Shown piece after piece: positions 56,771 to 64,000 of a stretch of DNA of 64,000 bases (its first letter is position 1; every line of letters begins with the position of its first letter). The notes under the pieces were generated by a model that saw nothing but the letters and a program-made list of their open reading frames with translations, made no database searches and was not told the origin of the DNA. Source of the stretch: a virus. The position numbers and the translations under genes are program-made. The stretch is taken from positions 1 to 64,000 of the IMG/VR virus record IMGVR_UViG_3300022751_000017; one strand, written 5' to 3'.

Positions 56771-59158
56771 ATGCCAGCACTACCAATTACAACATCACCT
56801 GATATTACATCGCTTAATTTCGGGATACTATACGATATCTCTGCCGGTACGCCGTCAATTACACTGACTAACTTATCCGTGGGTAATCCATCCGGATCTA
56901 CCCGGCTGAATAATTGTACCTGGTGGTATAAAATATACTCTCCTAATGGTGTAGCTATTCATGAGGGTTCTGAATCTACACCGGATGTTGATAATAATAC
57001 ATGGTCAACATTGACAATCCCTGCAGGTTCATGGCCAACGCCTTTCGGTATACCTCCATATGGGCAGGTTGAGTTCAGCTGCGCAGTGCCATATGTGGCT
57101 ACATTGTTTGTAAAGGACGGTGTAGGCAACATATACAGTACGGCACCCAAGTCAACACTTCTGTGCCGGCCAAATGGCAATACCGATAAGACAAAGGGGA
57201 ACTTTGGCGCAGCAGAAGTGGGAATGCAGACACAGTGTGCCCAGGCAAAAATATATTCTTCAGATACCACCAATTACACTTATCAGGGCATAATTGGTAG
57301 TTCACAGGCGAGTACCTGGACGCTTGCATATCCAATGGATGCGGATGGTAATCTGCCTGACCCTGTAGTAGTCCTTAATAAGCCTACGGTAATATTCCCT
57401 GTAGGATATAGCTCTGAAGGTTACCAGCTATATCTCAATACATTTTGTACATACAATACAGGCGACAATGGCGCCGTAAAAATACAGTACAAATTTAAGG
57501 AAGTGTTCTCTGTATTCTGTAATGTAGACCTGTGTGCTATACAGTGTGAAATAGACAAGCTATATGCACAGCTGTCACCTAAATGCGGTACTGTGACCAA
57601 TCCTGAATTGCAGGACAGGCTGTTCCGTATAGGTGTGCTAATGGATAAGTGCCTTACTGGCATAGCACAGCCTTTATGCGGCATAGACGTACCGGCAACC
57701 ATACAGGAGATAAAGCGCATAGGTTGCTTTGACTGTGATTGCATGTGCGGTACAGGAGGGGGGATCAATCCGGTAGGGAATACTACGGGCATAATCACTT
57801 TCGACACAGAAACGGTAGGTGATATCACCGCAGTTATAACCAATGTAGGTGACAACTATCTCTTGCATCTGGAAGTGCCGAATAGTGGAGGTGTTCCTAA
57901 TCTGCAGCAGGTAAGCCAGGTAGGTAATGTGACCAACAGGCCTTTATATAGCGGAGTGCAGGCATCATATTATTCAAGTATTGCCTCAAGAAATGTAAAT
58001 GTCGCCAATGGTGCGGACATCCTTATTGCACTTGATAGCTCTACAGGTACCAATTACCTGCGTATAAAGGGTGCTACATCTGGTATTGTTCAGCTTACAG
58101 CTGCAGATGTTACTACCCCATATACTATGAAGCTGCCAGCGGCGCAAGGTACCGGGTATTTGAAGAACCCGGGAGATGGGTTGCTTGTGTGGGATGCAAG
58201 TGGCGGCGGCGGATCTCAGAACCTGCAGCAGGTTACTACTGTAGGCAATGAAACTACCAACCCTATAAACCTTAAGGGTGCAGGAACAAAGCTTATGCAG
58301 CTAACATCAGGCGGGTTTGCTGTATACCAATCTACCGGTGACCTGTGGGCTGGGCTTGATACATCTCTGGGGATAGCAAGATTTATCTTGAGGGGAGGCG
58401 CCGCAGGTACAGGAACTGTTAATATGCAAGCGCCGAGCGCAATATCCGCTTCGTATGACTGGATATTCCCGGCTGCGCAGGGAGGCGCTAATACGTTGCC
58501 GCTGAATGATGGTACGGGCCAGCTGTCATGGTGGCTCGCAAATTTACAGAATGTAACAAATAATGGGTCAATAACAACAAATACGATCACAGTAGGTGCC
58601 TCTGCAGGTTCTAATGCAAAGCTATCTGCGACTGATGTGACAGTGTATAATGCTTCTGTCGTTGTTGCTAGATTGTTAGGGGTAGGAGGTATTGGTATTT
58701 TGACATTAAGAGAATTCACTGGGTTCATTGTCAACTTGAGGGCAGACCCCGGCGGGATGACTTCTAATTTGGATTTTTTCTTCCCGAGATTTAAATCTGG
58801 CACATTGGCATTGAGTGGTGCCGGAACTGCTGTGACCTTTGCGTTGAATGTCGGTGCCGGCACTGGTGCCACTGTAGTAGATAATTTATCAAATGATAAC
58901 GGTGGATCTTTCACAATTACAACAGGTACAAGTCCTGCAGTAGGGAGGGTCATTTTAGTATCATACTCTATGACATATCCTACAACACCGTATAGGCATG
59001 TTGTGATATGCCCTGGTAATGCTGCTACGGCAGCGTTAAGTGGCGCGCAGAATGTATATGCGAATGAAGGCTCTTTGAATAGTTTTGAAATTATATCCGG
59101 TGCCACCCCATTGGCTGCAAGTACAGTATATCGCTGGAATTATGTAGTTAGTAACTAA
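56771..59158 (+). CDS. tail fibre/hub protein
   Basis: Cys-rich N-terminal half; three NLQ(Q/N)V..G..T repeats; G/T-rich beta C-terminus. Confidence 0.7.
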   Translation: MPALPITTSPDITSLNFGILYDISAGTPSITLTNLSVGNPSGSTRLNNCTWWYKIYSPNGVAIHEGSESTPDVDNNTWSTLTIPAGSWPTPFGIPPYGQVEFSCAVPYVATLFVKDGVGNIYSTAPKSTLLCRPNGNTDKTKGNFGAAEVGMQTQCAQAKIYSSDTTNYTYQGIIGSSQASTWTLAYPMDADGNLPDPVVVLNKPTVIFPVGYSSEGYQLYLNTFCTYNTGDNGAVKIQYKFKEVFSVFCNVDLCAIQCEIDKLYAQLSPKCGTVTNPELQDRLFRIGVLMDKCLTGIAQPLCGIDVPATIQEIKRIGCFDCDCMCGTGGGINPVGNTTGIITFDTETVGDITAVITNVGDNYLLHLEVPNSGGVPNLQQVSQVGNVTNRPLYSGVQASYYSSIASRNVNVANGADILIALDSSTGTNYLRIKGATSGIVQLTAADVTTPYTMKLPAAQGTGYLKNPGDGLLVWDASGGGGSQNLQQVTTVGNETTNPINLKGAGTKLMQLTSGGFAVYQSTGDLWAGLDTSLGIARFILRGGAAGTGTVNMQAPSAISASYDWIFPAAQGGANTLPLNDGTGQLSWWLANLQNVTNNGSITTNTITVGASAGSNAKLSATDVTVYNASVVVARLLGVGGIGILTLREFTGFIVNLRADPGGMTSNLDFFFPRFKSGTLALSGAGTAVTFALNVGAGTGATVVDNLSNDNGGSFTITTGTSPAVGRVILVSYSMTYPTTPYRHVVICPGNAATAALSGAQNVYANEGSLNSFEIISGATPLAASTVYRWNYVVSN

Positions 59159-59166
59159 TCAAAAAC

Positions 59167-59949
59167 ATGACACCAATCAACATATTCACTATCTGGCAGG
59201 CATTAATGTCTGAGGTAAATGTACAGCAGGGCGGCCAGATACGCCCTGTGCAGGATTTCCAGAACTGGTATAATGCCGTATCACTGGAACTGTTCCGTGA
59301 GAAGGTAGCAAAGGCAGAAATCAATCAGATGACTGATGATGACCTGTCTCCGTTCCTGCTCTCAATGAATATATCGGTAGGCCAGGTATCTGGGCAGAGA
59401 TACGGGCTTGTCCCATATCCCGCCAATTATGAGGGATTCTCTAACATGCGCGTGCTCAGGCCTAAGGGTGCTACAGCATGCGCGTGTGATGGCTCATTGC
59501 CTATTATGGACAAAGGGAAATGCGTACAGGTAGTAGATCCAGATTATGCAGAGATGGCAGCGCGATTCGCCGGTACTAACCTTGCCGAGTTCACAATGAA
59601 TAAGGTGGATAATCAGGCGTGGGGTAATTGCCTTCAGCATGACACTAAGGGGCCGACTTTTGACAGCCCAAAGCTTACGCAATACTCTTCTGGGTTCCAG
59701 GTGGCGCCGGCAGGAATTTCCATCGTGGTACTGGATTATTACAGGCTACCCCGCAGTGCTGTATTTGCATATACGGTATCCAATGATGATATTGTTATTT
59801 ATGACAGCAATAATAGCGTGCAGCTAGAATGGAGCTCTACGCTGGAGAATGAATTCCTTACGCGCCTGAAGAAAAAGTATGCATTGCATGTTCACGACAG
59901 CGAAACATACCAGATGGCTGTTAATGATAAAAAAGAACTGGTACCTTAA
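59167..59949 (+). CDS. putative tail ring/adaptor protein
   Basis: GGQIRPVQDFQNWYN...LDYYRLP...QLEW. Confidence 0.55.
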   Translation: MTPINIFTIWQALMSEVNVQQGGQIRPVQDFQNWYNAVSLELFREKVAKAEINQMTDDDLSPFLLSMNISVGQVSGQRYGLVPYPANYEGFSNMRVLRPKGATACACDGSLPIMDKGKCVQVVDPDYAEMAARFAGTNLAEFTMNKVDNQAWGNCLQHDTKGPTFDSPKLTQYSSGFQVAPAGISIVVLDYYRLPRSAVFAYTVSNDDIVIYDSNNSVQLEWSSTLENEFLTRLKKKYALHVHDSETYQMAVNDKKELVP

Positions 59950-59975
59950 ATTAATTGTATTAATTTTATACCCAC

Positions 59976-60650
59976 ATGGCAACATCATTAAAGCAAGCGG
60001 CGGCAAGGGCAATGGACCTGTACTATCAGGACTATGCTCCGCGTGACTCATTTTTTGATGTTCCTGATTTTAAGTTTCATTTCGCCTCGGTATACAGTGA
60101 TCTGTTCGATGCCGATTTCCAGATGTTCAGAAAGATGACAAGGCAGGAAACGGGATTTAGTAATGTAGAGATAACTGCGCAGTGGCTTGTAAAGGAGAAA
60201 GTGAAAGTAGAGATTTCAGAACATGAGCCGGTGTATTATGCAACTCCTTCAAGCTGTGTATTTGGGTTCGGGTATGATGCCTTCTCTTATTCTCTGGATT
60301 CTGTCAGGCCAGCGAGCCCATGTGGCTGCCGGCTGCAGAAGATATCGAGAGATGAGGTGCCATACTTGGATATTGCCCCTACTACCTCTCTTTGCTATTA
60401 TTGGCTAGAGGCTAATAATAAAATATCGTTTCTTAATGATGTCAAGGAGGTCTTCATATCGTACATCCCATCTGTAGATGCGAATAATGATGATTGTGTG
60501 ATCAGTGACCTGATAGTTAGCAAGGCTATACGGGCGACTCTTGATATCATGTTTAAATCAAAAAATGGCAATGTTATAGACGTTGTCAATGACGGTAATT
60601 CAAATCCTACAGCACAGAACCAGCAAAACCCAGCACTAAATAAACCATAG
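59976..60650 (+). CDS. putative tail ring protein
   Basis: 224 aa; YYWLEANNKISF...DVVNDG. Confidence 0.5.
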   Translation: MATSLKQAAARAMDLYYQDYAPRDSFFDVPDFKFHFASVYSDLFDADFQMFRKMTRQETGFSNVEITAQWLVKEKVKVEISEHEPVYYATPSSCVFGFGYDAFSYSLDSVRPASPCGCRLQKISRDEVPYLDIAPTTSLCYYWLEANNKISFLNDVKEVFISYIPSVDANNDDCVISDLIVSKAIRATLDIMFKSKNGNVIDVVNDGNSNPTAQNQQNPALNKP

Positions 60651-60652
60651 CC

Positions 60653-60919
60653 ATGAGCAACGAAAACATAAAACTGAACTACTTTCAAGCCAGGTCAAAT
60701 ATATTTGCCGGTACCATGATGCGCAGGGAATCCTGGGCGGAGTGTCGTAAGGTACGTAAATGGGAACAGTCAGATGCAGAGTATGTGGGGTACTTCCCGG
60801 ATATGATCGTTGAAGACTGTCCAAAAAAATGTGATTGCCAGATTGGTCCATTCATTCCCACAAGTGAGGATGAGAATGGTATCGACTGGATTATTGTTGA
60901 AGCAGACCAAAAAATATAA
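60653..60919 (+). CDS. DUF2829 (Tad2-like) protein
   Basis: NYFQARSNIFAGTMMRRESW ... PFIPTSEDENGIDWIIVE. Confidence 0.55.
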   Translation: MSNENIKLNYFQARSNIFAGTMMRRESWAECRKVRKWEQSDAEYVGYFPDMIVEDCPKKCDCQIGPFIPTSEDENGIDWIIVEADQKI

Positions 60920-60924
60920 TCATC

Positions 60925-61239
60925 ATGGGCAGAGAACTACCGCAAGAGAAAGTACAACGCATTATTAACCAGAATTCAAGCGGCCTGGAAGAAGAGAATA
61001 AGACTTTGCGTGATCAGATACGCTCTATAGAGGAGTCTAATGACACAATAAAAGGACTGTCGGATATCTGTGAAGGGCTCAATGCTAAGATTAGCCTGCT
61101 TGAGTCGGACATTGCAGAAAAAGATGCGCTCATAGAGAAGCTGAACCAAGCCAATTTTGAACTCATTGAAACTGCCAAGAAATCACCAGCAGAAGACAGT
61201 GCAGAATCAAAGAAGACCGCCACGAAAAATAAAAAATAA
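60925..61239 (+). CDS. coiled-coil protein
   Basis: heptad pattern over most of 104 aa. Confidence 0.6.
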   Translation: MGRELPQEKVQRIINQNSSGLEEENKTLRDQIRSIEESNDTIKGLSDICEGLNAKISLLESDIAEKDALIEKLNQANFELIETAKKSPAEDSAESKKTATKNKK

Positions 61240-61245
61240 ATTCAG

Positions 61246-62334
61246 ATGCCTACCCAGTACGGAAAACAGGTAAAGACCATAAGCGATTTTGTACGCACCT
61301 TCAGCCTTAAGCAAGGTAACACGAAGGCTGCGTACTTTGTGCGTAACCTGGAGTTTGCCGCATGGGCTTGGAAAGAAATGTTCAGGAAGAGCATCTGGGA
61401 GATAAAAACAGTAGTGCTTACCTTGGATAAAGATCATAATATCCGTATCCCGGATGATTGTGAGCGAATGGTAAATGTCAGTGTGGTAGACCGATTTGGC
61501 AAGCTGCAGCCGCTGTCGTACAACCCCAATATGAGCACTGTGGAAGTGATGTGTGAAACTAATTCTTGCGCATGTACTCATTGTCATGGGAAGGATACCT
61601 TATGTGCGGCGGTGGAGAACATCTCAGTTGTATTTGAGGATATAATCATAGATGGGGAGACTTACCAGAAGGTCACTTATATAAAGGCAGATGGCTGCGG
61701 GAATATTATTAAAGAAGAGCACGTACCTGTAACAGAGGCGATATCCGAGAAAGTTGTTACAACAATTGTGACTACTTCTTTGTGTAAGGTAGAGGTAAGT
61801 GATAAGGGGTGTATATTGCCAACTGCCCCAAATATTAATATGTTGCAGACCTATTGCGGCTATAATGGGTCCATGCTGAATAATGGATACCGTGGTAATG
61901 GGTTGGGTTATAACGCTTACCGCAGTTTAATACCGGTGCCATATAATTATTATGGACACTGGAACTGGAATGCTGCATGCCAGGATATTATCCATATATT
62001 CCGTAGCGCTGCAAATAACTGTACTTATATCAACCAGCAGGATACATGCACTGTAAACTGCGCCCAGGAACAGAATGACATTCATAAAGTTATTTTATCG
62101 TACCAGACCATAGGAGCAGAACCTGGCGTTGAAATATTAATACCGGAATATGCAGAGATGGCCATCAGTATAGGTATATTATACCAGCAGGCATTATTCA
62201 ACCCTAAGGACATGGATAGGAATAATGCAATGCTCTACAAATTCAGGGCCGCAAAGAAAGACGTTGACCGGCATCTCAACCCTATCCGCATGGATGACAT
62301 CATTAAAATTCAAACACAGCCACATTTGTGGTAA
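61246..62334 (+). CDS. putative tail ring protein with Cys-rich insert
   Basis: IRIPDDCERMVNVS...ILSYQTIG..ILIPEYAEMAI. Confidence 0.55.
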   Translation: MPTQYGKQVKTISDFVRTFSLKQGNTKAAYFVRNLEFAAWAWKEMFRKSIWEIKTVVLTLDKDHNIRIPDDCERMVNVSVVDRFGKLQPLSYNPNMSTVEVMCETNSCACTHCHGKDTLCAAVENISVVFEDIIIDGETYQKVTYIKADGCGNIIKEEHVPVTEAISEKVVTTIVTTSLCKVEVSDKGCILPTAPNINMLQTYCGYNGSMLNNGYRGNGLGYNAYRSLIPVPYNYYGHWNWNAACQDIIHIFRSAANNCTYINQQDTCTVNCAQEQNDIHKVILSYQTIGAEPGVEILIPEYAEMAISIGILYQQALFNPKDMDRNNAMLYKFRAAKKDVDRHLNPIRMDDIIKIQTQPHLW

Positions 62335-62346
62335 AAACAGGAGCGC

Positions 62347-62619
62347 ATGTATTTCATAGAAGTAAAGACCACAGGCCATATAGACAGGCCAGAGATAGTT
62401 CATCGCGAGCATATAGAGAAACTGAATAACTACCTGCAGACTGGTGTTTCTATTGAGTTCGGGCGGTATGAGAAACTGGCAGAAGACCGGCGCGGCAATA
62501 CAAGCATCATAAGAAATGTATGTAGCCATAGCACTACTAACTATCAATACAATTTTGTACTTACCCTGATAACTACTTTGTGTTGCGAAGGCGAGCATCC
62601 AGATAAATTTTTGCCATAA
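62347..62619 (+). CDS. hypothetical protein
   Basis: 90-aa ORF in operon. Confidence 0.5.
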   Translation: MYFIEVKTTGHIDRPEIVHREHIEKLNNYLQTGVSIEFGRYEKLAEDRRGNTSIIRNVCSHSTTNYQYNFVLTLITTLCCEGEHPDKFLP

Positions 62620-62630
62620 AATATAATATC

Positions 62631-63377
62631 ATGCTACCATTAGGACTTATAGGCGGAGGATTGCTTGGCGCAGGGGAAATTGCATACGGGCTCATCAACC
62701 AGTCAAAGGCAAGAAAGGCCGCGGCAGCAAACATCCGGCCGAAATACGAAATACCTGACGAAGAGCGCCAGGCTGAAAATCTTGCTCAGGCGGAGAGTAT
62801 GGCGGGGCAGGGCATGTCGGCAGCATCGCGTCAGCAGCTGTATCAGAACACCGCCAACATGCAGGGGCAGTCAATAGATGCTATACTCCGCGCCGGTGGC
62901 GACCCGAATGCTATAAGCAACCTGGCTAATAACACGCAGAACCAGCTCAACCAGAGTTCTATCTATGACAACCAAGCTAGGTTGCAAAATCTGGGTAACC
63001 TGCAGGCCTTACGTTCGCAGATATCATCAAGGAGGTCTGCAAGTAAAGATAAGGCATGGCAGCTCAATCACTACCAGCCATGGGCGGACCGTGCACAAGC
63101 TATTGCCCAGCAATCGCAGGGTGCGCAGAATATGATCAACTCGGGCGTGAACCAGTTGGGTATGGGCTTGGTAAGCGGCCTCGGCAGCCTGTCAAAGCCT
63201 GCTGGAATACCATCGCAACCGCAGGGCATGCCGCCATCACCATGGCAGATGCCTATGCAGCCACAGGCGGACTATTCTCAGGGCAATAATTTTTACCCAA
63301 CACAGCCATTTGGTATGATGGCTGACAACAATACAGAACAGGGCGGCCCTTCATGGAATGGCTGGTCATTTCAATAA
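62631..63377 (+). CDS. putative ejection (internal virion) protein
   Basis: Gly-rich hydrophobic N-terminus, RPKYEIP, A/Q-rich helices. Confidence 0.6.
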   Translation: MLPLGLIGGGLLGAGEIAYGLINQSKARKAAAANIRPKYEIPDEERQAENLAQAESMAGQGMSAASRQQLYQNTANMQGQSIDAILRAGGDPNAISNLANNTQNQLNQSSIYDNQARLQNLGNLQALRSQISSRRSASKDKAWQLNHYQPWADRAQAIAQQSQGAQNMINSGVNQLGMGLVSGLGSLSKPAGIPSQPQGMPPSPWQMPMQPQADYSQGNNFYPTQPFGMMADNNTEQGGPSWNGWSFQ

Positions 63378-63383
63378 ATAAAC

Positions 63384-64000
63384 ATGGCTGACGCACCTTT
63401 TATCACAGGCTCTGACCTGACATCAAACCCCGGCAATGCAGCATTAGGATATAGTTCCGGAATAGCATATAATGCGAACCCGGAGATACAGAATCCTTTT
63501 GCCGGCATCCAGAGCTCGCTTAGTAGCCTTCAGAACGAAGAGGTGTATCGTAGGCAACTTGCTGCGCAGCAGGCCCAGAAAGAAAAAGACGAACTTGCTG
63601 CTCATCTTGCAGAGACCGGTCAGAGCGTGTTCAACATGAAAGGTGAGAATGGACAGAATATGTCCTTCAGTCCACTACAGGAAGACTATGATATAATGAG
63701 GGGTGGCGCAGATGAAATACGCAAGAGTACAATGGGCAACCCTACCGGTTGGAAATTTGACCTGGACCGTATTGCCAAGGAGCAGCGCCAGCAGCAGCTG
63801 GTGAGGCATGCAGGCGTAAGGGCGGTTGAGGTTGCAAAACTCCAACAGGCCGCCGCAGCCACTAACGACCCGCAGGAGCGCGCGGATATCCTGAATCACA
63901 TATCAAAAATAAAATCGCAAAAAGTAGATGACTTCATCTCTCCTGATCCCTATATGCCTAAGGCTAAGTATGATGTAAATAAATTCATACAGGAAGATGT
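63384..64000 (+). CDS. partial ORF, probable large ejection/cargo protein
   Basis: MADAPFITG... frame appears open to the window end. Confidence 0.55.
   Translation, partial: MADAPFITGSDLTSNPGNAALGYSSGIAYNANPEIQNPFAGIQSSLSSLQNEEVYRRQLAAQQAQKEKDELAAHLAETGQSVFNMKGENGQNMSFSPLQEDYDIMRGGADEIRKSTMGNPTGWKFDLDRIAKEQRQQQLVRHAGVRAVEVAKLQQAAAATNDPQERADILNHISKIKSQKVDDFISPDPYMPKAKYDVNKFIQED

Noticed and set aside
58216-59106. 296-aa minus-strand ORF
   Set aside because: Antisense shadow of the G/T/A-rich fibre gene.
1-64000. CRISPR array, diversity-generating retroelement, terminase, integrase, protelomerase
   Set aside because: No regularly spaced repeats, reverse transcriptase motifs, TR/VR pair or the relevant catalytic motifs were recognised by eye; they may lie outside the window.

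Overview
A 64-kb segment of a tailed-phage (or prophage) genome from a Bacteroidota host, judged by the many TAnnTTTG (-7) promoter boxes, A-rich translation starts and Gln-after-cleavage signal peptides. 1-15.4 kb: leftward early/replication region with many small hypotheticals, a disrupted tandem Tad2/DUF2829-like gene, a C5 DNA methyltransferase with a nested second ORF, DnaB and a replication initiator. 15.5-22.7 kb: rightward early region with a DEDD exonuclease, SPFH lipoprotein, ParB-like and HicB-like genes. 22.7-30.9 kb: an 8.2-kb accessory island bounded by a perfect 26-bp inverted repeat resembling IS982 ends; it holds an Xis-like HTH gene plus an intact IS982-family transposase, a duplicated structured-RNA cassette and membrane/OMP cargo. 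30.9-64 kb: virion and lysis genes in a crAss-like arrangement (tail stabilisation protein, fibres, holins, u-spanin, lambda-type endolysin, portal, scaffold, major capsid, ring and ejection proteins). This part also carries tRNA-Phe, GroEL and a 561-aa co-chaperonin with about five tandem GroES domains. The most notable signals are the IS982-ended island, the poly-GroES, four consecutive fibre-region genes with Sec signal peptides, a 17-bp operator at fixed spacing from two late promoters, and a 52-bp perfect palindrome. All calls come from motif recognition by eye; no database searches were run. No terminase, tyrosine/serine integrase or CRISPR array was recognised.
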